Shown here in pieces: positions 33,144 to 43,630 of a DNA stretch of 64,000 nucleotides (position 1 is its first letter; the number at the start of each line of letters is the position of its first letter). The notes under the pieces were generated by a model. The model did no database searches. It was given only the letters and a program-made list of their open reading frames with translations, and was not told where the DNA came from. The DNA comes from Gammaproteobacteria bacterium. GTDB lineage: Bacteria; Pseudomonadota; Gammaproteobacteria; Magnimaribacterales; D2472. The stretch spans positions 147,314 through 211,313 of the forward strand of contig JAYQIX010000006.1 of the NCBI GenBank assembly GCA_038141865.1. Direction: 5' to 3'. The translations under genes were made by a program, and so were the position numbers.

Positions 33144-34205
33144 ATGAATATTTATTTTAGATACTTAATTAAACGAACGCTTAGCATATCGTTTTTTATA
33201 TTTTTAATTTTTATATTTATAGACTTTTTATTTAATTTAATAAGTGAATTAGAGGATATTTCATCCTCTTATAATTTTATAGAGGCTCTCAAGTTTTCTT
33301 TTTTATCTGCGCCAGAGAGAGCTTTTGTTTTTTTAGAAGGTTCTTGTTTGTTAGGTTTTATGATATCGATGGGCTTATCACAAGAGGAGGGTAATCTTAA
33401 TGTACTAAGATCGAGCGGAATATCTCCATTTAAAATTGTTGTATTAAGTTCGCTTGGCTCATTGATTCTCTCAATCTTTTTTTTAACAAGTCATGAATTA
33501 GCCCTAAAAGATTTATCTAATAAGTCATCCACATCCAAGGCGCTCTTGATATCAAACACATCTCTCAAAGATAATGAATTTACTTGGCTTAAGGACAAAA
33601 ATAGCTATTTAAATTTTGGAACTAAAATTAATAATAGAATTTTTGATATACGATATTTTGAAGTTAAAAATAACAAAGTTATTTTCTCTCTAGTTGCAAA
33701 GTCGGCTGTAATAAAAGATAAAAACATTACATTTGATAAATCAGTCAATGTGCTTATTAATAATGAAAATTCCTCGACGAAAATTGAAAAAATTAATAAG
33801 AATTTTGACTTACCCTTGATTATTTCTTCGAGCTTAAGGGATATTGAAAAAATGAATATGAGGGATAAGTTTACTTTAATGAGCTATCTTTCTGGAGAGG
33901 TGGACGGAAAAGATAAGATTTATAAATCACACCTTGAAAAACATTACTATCAATTTATCCTGAAGCCAATTTCAATATTAAGTTTAATTATATTTTTTGG
34001 ATATTTTATATTTGGTTCCTTGAGGGAGTCTTCTTCGGGATCAAAAATTGTTCTCTCAGTTGTAGGTGCGTTTATATTTCAAATCCTTCAAGATTTATCA
34101 ACGAGTATTGCAATCTCATTCAATCAAAATGTTTTGATTGGAATGCTTATCCCGTCATGCATTCTCTTTATAATTTCAATTTTTATGTATAGAAAACTAG
34201 CTTAG
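33144..34205 (+). CDS. lptG: LPS export ABC transporter permease LptG
   Basis: YjgP/YjgQ-type permease whose start abuts the lptF stop. Confidence 0.85.
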   Translation: MNIYFRYLIKRTLSISFFIFLIFIFIDFLFNLISELEDISSSYNFIEALKFSFLSAPERAFVFLEGSCLLGFMISMGLSQEEGNLNVLRSSGISPFKIVVLSSLGSLILSIFFLTSHELALKDLSNKSSTSKALLISNTSLKDNEFTWLKDKNSYLNFGTKINNRIFDIRYFEVKNNKVIFSLVAKSAVIKDKNITFDKSVNVLINNENSSTKIEKINKNFDLPLIISSSLRDIEKMNMRDKFTLMSYLSGEVDGKDKIYKSHLEKHYYQFILKPISILSLIIFFGYFIFGSLRESSSGSKIVLSVVGAFIFQILQDLSTSIAISFNQNVLIGMLIPSCILFIISIFMYRKLA

Positions 34206-34607
34206 TGTAAGCTCTGTTCCAGAAAGTTTATCATTAAGCGCCTTTTTATCTTTTGAAAAATAAATTTGAAGAAGCGGAAGCCCTAAAGTCAAGACTATGA
34301 CTATGTTAACTATAAATCTTTTGGTTGTTTGTACAAGATTTATATTATTTCTACTTGATGAGCGAATCTTAATACTCCAAGCCGCCATCCCCAAAGTCCT
34401 ACCACCTTTAATCCAAAAGAATGAGTAGAATCCCCAAGCACTTACTAGGACTATAAATGCGCCTATGGCAGGATCAAGGATTTCACCATTATTTAACCAT
34501 AATGCTATTGAGCCGCATCCAAACCAGACTCCCAATAATAGGAAGAAATCATAAATTGTTGCTGCCAATCTTTTAACAGGAGATACAAACTGTGAATTGT
34601 TATTCAT
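34197..34607 (-). CDS. RDD-family small membrane protein (probable)
   Basis: N-terminal RLAATIYDFFLL followed by 3 hydrophobic segments, typical of RDD-domain proteins. The start is uncertain (34607 or 34646). The 3' end overlaps lptG by 9 nt. Confidence 0.5.
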   Translation of the reverse strand: MNNNSQFVSPVKRLAATIYDFFLLLGVWFGCGSIALWLNNGEILDPAIGAFIVLVSAWGFYSFFWIKGGRTLGMAAWSIKIRSSSRNNINLVQTTKRFIVNIVIVLTLGLPLLQIYFSKDKKALNDKLSGTELTLS

Positions 34608-34648
34608 TTTGGTATAGTACTTTAAAACAATATAAATAAAATACAATT

Positions 34649-36124
34649 ATGCATACAACTTCAGAGTTTTTAGGACATCCAAAGGGTTTATTCGTTTGCT
34701 TTGCAACTGAAATGTGGGAGCGTTTTTCATATTATGGGATGAGAGCTTTGCTTATTCTTTATTTGACCAAGCATTGGAATTTTTCAGATGCTCAAAGTTA
34801 TATAATTTATGGTGCATACACCTCATTGGTATATATCATGCCTGTTTTTGGTGGAATGCTTGCTGATAGGATACTGGGTTCAAGAAAAGCAGTTACATTT
34901 GGTGCTATTTTGCTTGTACTTGGTCACACAGGTATGGCTTTTGAGAGTAATGTTCAAATCTTTTATCTTTCTCTAGCTTTAATTATATCTGGAGTTGGTT
35001 TTCTAAAACCCAATATCTCAACAATGGTTGGTGCCTTATATGCTGAAGGTGATCCAAGAAGAGATCCTGGTTTTACTATATTTTATATGGGTATAAACAT
35101 AGGAGCTTTCACAGCTTCTTTGCTTTGCGGATATTTGGGTGAAACTTATGGTTGGTCCTATGGATTTGGCGCTGCAGGAATCGGTATGTTAATTGGCTTA
35201 GTAATTTTTTTATGGGGTCAGGATTATTTAGAAGGCCATGCTGAGCCCACATCAAACCTATACCAAGAGAAAAAATTTAATGTCACTTACGAGAACTGGG
35301 CATATATAAGTGGAATTCTCATGGTGCTTTTCTCATGGTTGCTTATCCAAAATCAAGAAGTAGTTGGTAATTTATTGGGTGGTTTCGGAGCAATTTGCGT
35401 TGCTTTTTGGTTATTTTATGCATTGTTCAAATGCTCTGCTGAAGAAAGAGATAGGTTGCTTGTTGTTGGAATACTAATTTTATTTTCTTTAATATTTTGG
35501 GCGCTTTTTGAACAAGCTGGATCCTCTTTAAATATTCTCACAGATAGGGGTGTAGATAGAACTATTATGGGATGGGTAGTGCCTGCTTCAATGTTTCAAT
35601 CCTTAAATGCCTTCTTTATATTTACACTGGCTCCATTCTTCGCATTCATGTGGTTAGCACTATCAAAAAGAAATATTGAACCCTCAACTCCATTAAAGTT
35701 TGCAATTGGCATTATGTTTGTTGGTTTGGGCTTTTTAGTTCTTGTTTATGGAATGAATAATAGCAATGGCATTCAAACCGGAGTCATATGGATAATGCTT
35801 ATTTATCTTCTTCACACTATTGGTGAATTATGCTTATCTCCAGTAGGCTTATCATCAGTTACAAAGCTATCTCCTCAGAGAATTGTAGGTATGATGATGG
35901 GTATGTGGTTTTGTGCATCAGCAGCAGGAAATTTTGTAGCTGGATTAATAGCTAGAGCAACTGCAAGCGACGGTATTGAGGGTGCAAGCTCTGTTTTCTC
36001 TATAGAGCAAAAATCGGCATTCATTGATGTTTATACAAATGTTGGTCTTATTGCTTTAGCGGTTGGTATTGTTTTAGCACTGGCATCACCTCTACTAAAG
36101 AAAGGAATGCACGGCATAAATTAA
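34649..36124 (+). CDS. Proton-dependent oligopeptide transporter (POT/PTR2) family di/tripeptide permease
   Basis: ExxERFxYYG motif (TEMWERFSYYGMRALL). 491 aa and multi-TM. Confidence 0.9.
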   Translation: MHTTSEFLGHPKGLFVCFATEMWERFSYYGMRALLILYLTKHWNFSDAQSYIIYGAYTSLVYIMPVFGGMLADRILGSRKAVTFGAILLVLGHTGMAFESNVQIFYLSLALIISGVGFLKPNISTMVGALYAEGDPRRDPGFTIFYMGINIGAFTASLLCGYLGETYGWSYGFGAAGIGMLIGLVIFLWGQDYLEGHAEPTSNLYQEKKFNVTYENWAYISGILMVLFSWLLIQNQEVVGNLLGGFGAICVAFWLFYALFKCSAEERDRLLVVGILILFSLIFWALFEQAGSSLNILTDRGVDRTIMGWVVPASMFQSLNAFFIFTLAPFFAFMWLALSKRNIEPSTPLKFAIGIMFVGLGFLVLVYGMNNSNGIQTGVIWIMLIYLLHTIGELCLSPVGLSSVTKLSPQRIVGMMMGMWFCASAAGNFVAGLIARATASDGIEGASSVFSIEQKSAFIDVYTNVGLIALAVGIVLALASPLLKKGMHGIN

Positions 36125-36127
36125 TAT

Positions 36128-37018
36128 CTAATCTTTTCCGAGTGTAATTATTGGAAGACCCAGAGACTCTAGTTCTTTTTCAGATTCAACAAAAACCTTT
36201 TTATAATTATAAAAAGGTAATTTTGGAAATAGGTGATGCATACCATGGTAATTCTGATATACCCATATGTAAGTCATAACATCGTCAAGTTTGCTTTTAG
36301 TTCTTATTACATTAGTATCGCCAAACCTTTCTGTGCTTTTATGTGGCCTATGCACTAAGTAGTCAAAAAAGACTCCTAGTATGATAGTAGCGAATAATAA
36401 AGGCAGCACATAACTTAAAATAAAATGATGCCATGGAAGCGACAAAGCGTTAGTTAAAAAAATAATAAATACTATAGGAACAATGCTCTCTAGAATACCA
36501 ATGTATATGACTTTTTTAGTACCTGGTGTATTTTTTACTTCTTTTCTTTGAAAATAAATAAGATCTTTTGTTAGTGATAAAAAAAATGATTTAATTATTG
36601 TAGTGAACAAATTTTTGCCTTGTATTAAACCATCAGGATCGAGAATTGGGTCATTTGCATACTTATGGTGTGTCAAATGACTCCATTTATGCTGTGTAAA
36701 GCTATGTAAATAGAAAAATGCAGAAATAGAGCCAAATAATCTGTTTAACCATTTATATTTTGAAGAAATATTTCCATGCGTTGCCTCATGAAAAGGAGTG
36801 TATATTAAATAAAGCAGATAGCTCGTTAAAATTAAATGCAACCAATACGGAAGATAGTTATCTAGGTATAGAATTTGTAGAAAAATTATTGCAGCTACAC
36901 TAATAAATGATAAAAATATCGTAGGATACGCTAGGTCAGTTACATGGTTCTTTACAACATCTAGAATAGCTCTGTACTCAGGTTTTTTAACAATATCCAT
37001 TGCCCGAATATAAACCAA
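36128..37018 (-). CDS. Membrane fatty-acid desaturase family protein (three His boxes)
   Basis: His boxes HEATHG, HLTHHKY and HGMHHLFP, with hydrophobic segments. Substrate is unknown. Confidence 0.65.
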   Translation of the reverse strand: MVYIRAMDIVKKPEYRAILDVVKNHVTDLAYPTIFLSFISVAAIIFLQILYLDNYLPYWLHLILTSYLLYLIYTPFHEATHGNISSKYKWLNRLFGSISAFFYLHSFTQHKWSHLTHHKYANDPILDPDGLIQGKNLFTTIIKSFFLSLTKDLIYFQRKEVKNTPGTKKVIYIGILESIVPIVFIIFLTNALSLPWHHFILSYVLPLLFATIILGVFFDYLVHRPHKSTERFGDTNVIRTKSKLDDVMTYIWVYQNYHGMHHLFPKLPFYNYKKVFVESEKELESLGLPIITLGKD

Positions 37019-37046
37019 ATATGAAAGATTTTAAAGTTTCGCTAAT

Positions 37047-38165
37047 TCAGTTCAGCTCTTTTAGCACATCTAGGTATATATTTTTTAGCAACTCTAGATC
37101 AGCTATACTCACACACTCATCTATTTGATGTATTGTCTTATTAAGAGGTCCAAGCTCAATTATCTCAGTCTTCATTTTTGCAATGAATCTGCCATCAGAT
37201 GTGCCGCCTTTTGCATTTTTATCTGCATCGATCCCAGCTTCTTTTTTTATGGAATTTACAACAATGTCTTTAAGTGTATTTTCGGTAGTTAAGTAGGGCA
37301 GCCCACTTAAGTTCCATTCAATCTCATAATCAAAATCAAGACTATCAACTATTGATTCAAACTCTTTCCTCAAAGAGCTTTCAGTAGACTCTGTAGAGAA
37401 TCTAAAATTGAAGAGCATATCTAGATGACCAGGAACAACATTTTTCGCGCCTGTGCCAGAGGAAATATTTGAGATCTGAAAGCTTGTAGGTTGGAAAATA
37501 GCATTGCCATTGTCCCAAACTTGATTCTTCAATTTTACTATCAGGTCACTAGATAGAAATATTGGGTTTATAACATTTTCCGGATAGGCAATATGACCTT
37601 GTTTACCTTTAACTCTTAGCTCGCCACTTAACGATCCCCTTCTTCCAACTCTTATGCTATCTCCCAATCTTTCATTTGAAGTAGGTTCTCCAACAAGACA
37701 ATAATCAATCTCATCAGCTTTTTCTATCATGTCGTCAACAATCCTATCAATAAAGCCATCACATGCATTTCCTTCTTCATTGCTGGTTAGTAATATAGAT
37801 ATTCTGTAGTTTGGATTACTATTTTCTGCAAGAAACTCTTCGACGCTATCAAGAAATGCTGCAATAGAGCCTTTCATGTCTGCTGTGCCTCTGCCATACA
37901 TCATTCCATCCTCAATGTGACCTGAGAAGGGGGGATATTTCCAGTTTTCCACTGGCCCAGTAGGCACAACATCTGTATGGCCTAAGAAACAAAATAGCTT
38001 TCCTTTTTCTCCATATGTTGCATAAAGATTTTCGACATTTAGGTAATTAATCCTTTCACAGTTGAAATTTAATTTATTTAGTCTTTCTTCTATTAAATCA
38101 AAACAGCCCATGTCTCTGGGAGAAATGGACTCAATTTGGATAAGCTGTTTAAGAAAATCAATCAT
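37047..38165 (-). CDS. dapE: Succinyl-diaminopimelate desuccinylase DapE
   Basis: M20 peptidase motifs (GHTDVVP, GRGTADMKG, SNEEG). Adjacent to dapD. Confidence 0.92.
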   Translation of the reverse strand: MIDFLKQLIQIESISPRDMGCFDLIEERLNKLNFNCERINYLNVENLYATYGEKGKLFCFLGHTDVVPTGPVENWKYPPFSGHIEDGMMYGRGTADMKGSIAAFLDSVEEFLAENSNPNYRISILLTSNEEGNACDGFIDRIVDDMIEKADEIDYCLVGEPTSNERLGDSIRVGRRGSLSGELRVKGKQGHIAYPENVINPIFLSSDLIVKLKNQVWDNGNAIFQPTSFQISNISSGTGAKNVVPGHLDMLFNFRFSTESTESSLRKEFESIVDSLDFDYEIEWNLSGLPYLTTENTLKDIVVNSIKKEAGIDADKNAKGGTSDGRFIAKMKTEIIELGPLNKTIHQIDECVSIADLELLKNIYLDVLKELN

Positions 38166-39051
38166 TTTTATGCAGAGTCTTGTTTAAATTAATTTTATTA
38201 TTGTTTGGCTTAGCAATTACTTTCCCATTTTGAGAGTGCCTTAAAAATAAGAGATCATTTTTAAAAGCTAGATCAATTCCCTTGACCACGTTCCCTTCAT
38301 ATTCAATTTTTGAGCCAGCAGTAACATATAAACCAGCCTCAACTGTACAATTGTCACCTAATGGTATTCCAAGACCTGAGTTTGCACCAAGTAGACAATT
38401 CTCTCCCAGAGAAATTTTTACATTATTTCCACCAGACAGGGTGCCCATTGTGCTGCAACCGCCTCCCAGATCAGAATTATTTCCAACAACCACACCAGCT
38501 GAGATTCTGCCTTCAATCATTGCATTGCCCAAGGTGCCAGCATTAAAATTTACGAAACCTTCATGCATAACTGTTGTTCCTTCTGAAAGATAGGCTCCAA
38601 GTCTGACTCTGCTTGCATCAGCAATTCTTACATTTTTTGGAACAATATAGTCAGTTAATGATGGAAATTTATCTAAAGAACGAATGTATATAGGGTTATC
38701 TGAATTTAACTTTGAGTTTGTAATTGCATCATCAATATCTTCAATTGAAATTGGGCCAATATTAGTCCAGGCCACATTAGGTAAATTTTCAAATAAACCA
38801 TCTAAGTTAAGTGTATTTGGCTTAAAGAATTTATGTGATATTAAATGTAACTTGAGATATGCAGACTCAGTAGATTCAATAGGTCCTTGGAGCTCATCAT
38901 CATCCCATTCAATGTCTATTATTTTTTTATTTTCAGGCTTATTAATTTCTAGATGAAAATCAAACTTATCAGATTTTATTGAATAGAAATGCACATCAAG
39001 AAGCATCCCACTTCTTGACAGAGATCCAAAACCTTTTGCCTTAATTTTCAT
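38158..39051 (-). CDS. dapD: Tetrahydrodipicolinate N-succinyltransferase DapD
   Basis: Hexapeptide-repeat C-terminal half. Sits downstream of glnD as in E. coli (map-glnD-dapD). Confidence 0.88.
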   Translation of the reverse strand: MKIKAKGFGSLSRSGMLLDVHFYSIKSDKFDFHLEINKPENKKIIDIEWDDDELQGPIESTESAYLKLHLISHKFFKPNTLNLDGLFENLPNVAWTNIGPISIEDIDDAITNSKLNSDNPIYIRSLDKFPSLTDYIVPKNVRIADASRVRLGAYLSEGTTVMHEGFVNFNAGTLGNAMIEGRISAGVVVGNNSDLGGGCSTMGTLSGGNNVKISLGENCLLGANSGLGIPLGDNCTVEAGLYVTAGSKIEYEGNVVKGIDLAFKNDLLFLRHSQNGKVIAKPNNNKINLNKTLHKND

Positions 39052-39081
39052 GCGTTGATTATAAAGTGCAAAAACACATAA

Positions 39082-41589
39082 TTATATAATTTCCTCCAAA
39101 GCATTAGATATTTTTTCAATTTTCTTTTGAGAGACACTTGAAATTGTAATATCTTTTATTTCAAAGGTATCCTCAACTTTTTCACCAAGGGTGTTAATTC
39201 TAGCTGATTGAATTGAAACATTATTTTTATAAAAGATTTCAGCAATTTTTATTAATATGCCAGGAGAGTCAAATGCCTCAATCGTCAAATGATTTTTTTT
39301 ATTATTTGTGTCCTCAATATTACTTATTTTGACTTTATTTTTGAAAGCTTTATTTCCAAGTTTTCTCCTAACTCGCTTAGATGGAGTAAAGTTTTTAAAA
39401 TTATTGATAATTTTGCTTTTGATATCTCCGATTTCACTTTTTAGTAACGGGTTGTCATGAGAATGAAATTTTGTCACAAATGTATTCATAGCCATTAAAT
39501 TATCCTTGCTTGTATAAATACTTGCATCAACAATTTCTAGCCCAACAGTATCAAGAATTTTTACTATTTTTAAAAACAGACCATCAGAGTTATCCACTTT
39601 AATAAAAATCTCCAGGAAGTTATCAAAGCATTTTCTGCATGCAACTTTTATTTCATCATGAGGCTTAGACAAAACCAGATCGCTTTGCCATTTTAAGCTA
39701 TCAGAGGTGTGCTTATTAAAGTAAGAGTCATCAAAGTTTTTCCATACACTTTTAAGATATGTGAGCTCATTACCTTCTAGTAATTTATATATAGAGCTCT
39801 TTCTATCAGATGAAATTTCTTTAGAGGTTTTTACTGGCTCTTTATTCAAATATGATCTAGTTGATAAAAACAGATCTCTTAAAAGGCCATGCTTCCATGC
39901 ATTCCATAATTTTGGATTAGTTGATCTAATATCATTAATTGTAAGGAGATATAAATAATCTAACCGCTCTGTATTAAGCACGATCTCTGCAAATTCTTTA
40001 ATTGTTTTAGAGTCACTTATATCCTTTCTTTGAGATATAGATGACATTTTTAAATGATTAAGTACCAGCCATGAGATAAGCTCAGAATCTGCAACTGATA
40101 AACCCAATCTTTTTGCAAAATCCATACTTGTCTTTGCTCCAATTTCAGAGTGGTTTCCACCTTTACCTTTTCCTAAATCGTGAAAAAGACCAGCAATATA
40201 TAAAAGCTCTACTTTTGGTAATTTTTTTATCAATTCATTTTCTAGTAAAAATTCATCAGACTCCTTAATCTTCATCTGACGCATGTTTCTTACTACTTTT
40301 AATGTGTGCTCATCAACAGTATATATGTGAAATAGGTCAAACTGCATTTGGCCTATCACTTCTTCAAATTCAGGGATGTATTTTTGCAATATACCCGTCA
40401 TTTTCATTAGCTTTAAAATCGATGATAGATGATATTTTGACTTTAAGATTTCAAGAAACTTACTCGAATTAGATGAACAAGACCTGAATTCATTATCAAT
40501 TAAATAACTAGAATCTTTGAGAGTATTTATTGATTCAGAATGAATTTGATTTACCTTATTATTCTTTCCTAATTCAATAAATATATCTAGGAGAATTTCT
40601 TTATTATTTTTAATATTGGTTTCCAATATACCGATCTGATTGCCTTTATAAAAAAAGTTACCTTTCTTTTTCTTGATTCCAATAATTCTGCTTTCTGCGT
40701 AAACCTGCTCAACCAATTGATTAAAGCTTGTAATTGTTTGCACTTGGTAGAAAAATTTCTGCATCAATGCTTCAACCTTATTTTTTTCACTCAAATCCTT
40801 CTTTATTGCATTTTTAGCTATATCAATCTGAGACTCAAAATTTAACCTATTTTTATTTTTAGTTGCTAAGTTTGTTGCGTACCTTATTGTTTTTATGAAT
40901 TCGTAGGATTTTTTTGCTTCAAAATAAGTAGAGTGGAATATATCAGAAGCTTTAATTTTTTCTTCACAATCTAGACCCAAACAATAATTTAAAATCCACT
41001 CAGCATTTTGAAAGTCTCTCATTGTTCCAGGAGATTCCTTAAGGTCTGGTTCAAGATTGAAAGCAGAAGAATCAAATGAATAATACCTTTCTTGTTGCTC
41101 AGTAATCTTTGCCTTAAAGTATGCATTTTTATTCCAAGCACCTTGGGTAATTTTGTTTACTCTAGCTTCAATATTTTTATTTGATAGCAATGGTCTTAAG
41201 CTAAAGTATGACGTTAGTTCTTTTGCATCTTTCCTTAATATATTTTTTAATTCAGATAATGACCTAACAGAACAACCAATTTTCCATCCAAGATCCCACA
41301 AATTTGCAATAAATTTTTCGAGATCAGCTTCTTTCTTATCATTTTTATTATTTTTAATAATCGATATATCTATATCCGATGAAGGGAACATCTCTTTTTT
41401 ACCAAAGCCGCCAATTGCAAAAATTGAATATTCTTTTTCTAAGCCATAATCTTTAAACATCTTAATAATAATTTTTTCAATTTCATTTGATGTTTTGTGT
41501 AAGTAAGAATTAGTGCCTTTATTTTTGCTATATAACGATGGAAAATCGTCCCAGAATTTAGTATTTAAATCAGATATTTTTTCATTCAT
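39082..41589 (-). CDS. glnD: Bifunctional uridylyltransferase/uridylyl-removing enzyme GlnD
   Basis: 835 aa. Nucleotidyltransferase GGFGKKEMFPSSDID, HD domain (GLFHDLGKG) and two C-terminal ACT-like regions. Confidence 0.93.
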   Translation of the reverse strand: MNEKISDLNTKFWDDFPSLYSKNKGTNSYLHKTSNEIEKIIIKMFKDYGLEKEYSIFAIGGFGKKEMFPSSDIDISIIKNNKNDKKEADLEKFIANLWDLGWKIGCSVRSLSELKNILRKDAKELTSYFSLRPLLSNKNIEARVNKITQGAWNKNAYFKAKITEQQERYYSFDSSAFNLEPDLKESPGTMRDFQNAEWILNYCLGLDCEEKIKASDIFHSTYFEAKKSYEFIKTIRYATNLATKNKNRLNFESQIDIAKNAIKKDLSEKNKVEALMQKFFYQVQTITSFNQLVEQVYAESRIIGIKKKKGNFFYKGNQIGILETNIKNNKEILLDIFIELGKNNKVNQIHSESINTLKDSSYLIDNEFRSCSSNSSKFLEILKSKYHLSSILKLMKMTGILQKYIPEFEEVIGQMQFDLFHIYTVDEHTLKVVRNMRQMKIKESDEFLLENELIKKLPKVELLYIAGLFHDLGKGKGGNHSEIGAKTSMDFAKRLGLSVADSELISWLVLNHLKMSSISQRKDISDSKTIKEFAEIVLNTERLDYLYLLTINDIRSTNPKLWNAWKHGLLRDLFLSTRSYLNKEPVKTSKEISSDRKSSIYKLLEGNELTYLKSVWKNFDDSYFNKHTSDSLKWQSDLVLSKPHDEIKVACRKCFDNFLEIFIKVDNSDGLFLKIVKILDTVGLEIVDASIYTSKDNLMAMNTFVTKFHSHDNPLLKSEIGDIKSKIINNFKNFTPSKRVRRKLGNKAFKNKVKISNIEDTNNKKNHLTIEAFDSPGILIKIAEIFYKNNVSIQSARINTLGEKVEDTFEIKDITISSVSQKKIEKISNALEEII

Positions 41590-42368
41590 AGATCTTCTTC
41601 AGATCTTTTTGTTAGCACTTCAACACCACTGCTTGTTACAGCAAGGGTGTGCTCCCACTGAGCAGAATTCCTTCCATCTTTTGTCTCAACTGTCCAACCA
41701 TCACTCAGAGACTTAGTATATTTTGAACCTTGATTAATCATAGGCTCAATCGTAAAACACATGCCTTCTTTCAATTGAATGCCAGTATTGGGAACGCCAT
41801 AGTGAAGAACTTGAGGTTCTTCATGGTACACGGTGCCGATTCCATGACCACAATAGTCTTCTACAACTGAATAATAATTATCTTCAGCATGCTTTTGTAT
41901 TACATGACCAATATCACCCAAGTAAATTCCAGGTTTAACAATTTCTATGGCTTTGTATAAACATTCTTGTGTAACCCTGACCAGTCTTTCGTTATGAGGC
42001 TGACATTTACCTACTAAAAACATCTTTGATGTATCTCCATGCCAACCATCTTTTAAAACGGTGACGTCTATATTTAAAATATCACCATTCTTTAAGATTT
42101 TATCTTTGCTTGGTATGCCGTGACATATAACCTGGTTGACACTTGAGCAAATTGTTTTTTCATAGCCCCTGTAACCAACATTCGCTGGAATTGATTTTTG
42201 AACTTGCGTTATATAATCGTAGCAAATATCATCGAGTTCGCCGGTGGATATGCCCGGAACAACATGAGGAGTTATCATTTCAAGGACTTCAGCTGCAAGT
42301 TTTCCAGCTATGCGCATTTTTTTGATATCTTCTTTATTTTTTATTGAAATTCTCATTTTTTTTTTCAT
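41586..42368 (-). CDS. map: Type I methionine aminopeptidase
   Basis: Motifs ICHGIP, DGWHGD and EPM. An alternative ATG at 42356 is possible. Confidence 0.95.
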   Translation of the reverse strand: MKKKMRISIKNKEDIKKMRIAGKLAAEVLEMITPHVVPGISTGELDDICYDYITQVQKSIPANVGYRGYEKTICSSVNQVICHGIPSKDKILKNGDILNIDVTVLKDGWHGDTSKMFLVGKCQPHNERLVRVTQECLYKAIEIVKPGIYLGDIGHVIQKHAEDNYYSVVEDYCGHGIGTVYHEEPQVLHYGVPNTGIQLKEGMCFTIEPMINQGSKYTKSLSDGWTVETKDGRNSAQWEHTLAVTSSGVEVLTKRSEEDL

Positions 42369-42508
42369 AAAAATATAGACATAAAGTTAGTTAATCTATA
42401 AAGTACAATTTTAATGCTAGCTTGTAATTTTAGCCCATTAAAATCCGAAAAATCTCTTCACAGATTCTCTTTCACTTTTTCTAACAATCATGTCAGAGGG
42501 CTATTATA

Positions 42509-43630
42509 GTGCCTTTTAAATCAATATTGGCACTTGAAGATGGAACTATTTTTTATGGCGATGGTTATGGAACTAAAACCGTTCATATCGGAGAAGTTGT
42601 ATTCAACACATCAATGACCGGATATCAAGAAATAATTACTGATCCATCGTACAAAAAACAAATAATTACTTTTACTCATCCTCATATTGGTAATACTGGA
42701 ATTAATTTTGAAGACTTTGAGTCTGAAAAAATACATGCTAGTGGAATAGTAGTTAAAAATTTTTGTTCAAGACCATCTAATTGGAGAAGCTCAGAATCAC
42801 TTGAAGACTTCCTAATTAAAAATAAATCAATTGCTATCTCTGGTATTGATACAAGGAATCTAACATCGCATATAAGAGAAAATGGATCCATGGGGTGCTG
42901 CATAGCCTCACTTGAAGAGATCACTCCTGAAAAAGCCATTGAGAGAGCGAAAGACTTTGGCGGTTTGAAAGGTATGGATTTAGCTAAAGAAGTAACAACG
43001 CAAGATGACTATGGATGGATAGAGGGAACATGGCCTGAATATTCTGAGACTGATATAAATTTAAATATTGTTGCTTATGATTTTGGGATTAAGAAAAATA
43101 TCCTTAGACTTTTAACAGAATCAGTTGGAAAAGTTGATGTTGTTAATGCCAAGACTTCTTTTGAGGATATTATGAAGAAGTCACCAAATGGCATTTTTCT
43201 ATCAAATGGCCCTGGAGATCCTGAGCCTTGTGAATATGCTATTGAGAATATAAAGCTATTTCTCAAAGCAGGTATTCCTATTTTTGGTATATGTCTTGGG
43301 CACCAACTCTTATCCATAGCCGCAGGCGCAAAAACATACAAAATGAAATTTGGCCATCATGGAGCCAATCACCCTGTTCAGGATATTGACACAGGTGAAG
43401 TATATATCACTAGTCAGAATCATGGTTTTGCAGTAGATATAGACTCATTACCAAAAAATATAAAAACAACGCATTTATCACTATTTGATAATTCGCTTCA
43501 AGGTATAGAGCTTACTGATACGCCAGCTTTTAGTTTTCAAGGTCACCCAGAAGCAAGTCCGGGACCGCAAGAAATTCAAATACTTTTTAATAAATTCAAA
43601 ACGATGGTAGAGACATATGCCAAGACGTAA
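42509..43630 (+). CDS. carA: Carbamoyl-phosphate synthase small (glutaminase) subunit
   Basis: [11 protein letters not shown]...[20 protein letters not shown], with the catalytic GICLGHQ motif. GTG start with GAGGG 8 nt upstream. Confidence 0.96.
   Translation: MPFKSILALEDGTIFYGDGYGTKTVHIGEVVFNTSMTGYQEIITDPSYKKQIITFTHPHIGNTGINFEDFESEKIHASGIVVKNFCSRPSNWRSSESLEDFLIKNKSIAISGIDTRNLTSHIRENGSMGCCIASLEEITPEKAIERAKDFGGLKGMDLAKEVTTQDDYGWIEGTWPEYSETDINLNIVAYDFGIKKNILRLLTESVGKVDVVNAKTSFEDIMKKSPNGIFLSNGPGDPEPCEYAIENIKLFLKAGIPIFGICLGHQLLSIAAGAKTYKMKFGHHGANHPVQDIDTGEVYITSQNHGFAVDIDSLPKNIKTTHLSLFDNSLQGIELTDTPAFSFQGHPEASPGPQEIQILFNKFKTMVETYAKT

Noticed and set aside
42490-42519. 9-codon upstream ORF (MSEGYYSAF*) overlapping the carA GTG start, considered as a pyrimidine- or arginine-sensing leader peptide.
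   Set aside because: It has no Shine-Dalgarno of its own, no Arg or pyrimidine-related codon bias and no associated terminator hairpin. The GAGGG inside it is better explained as the carA ribosome-binding site.
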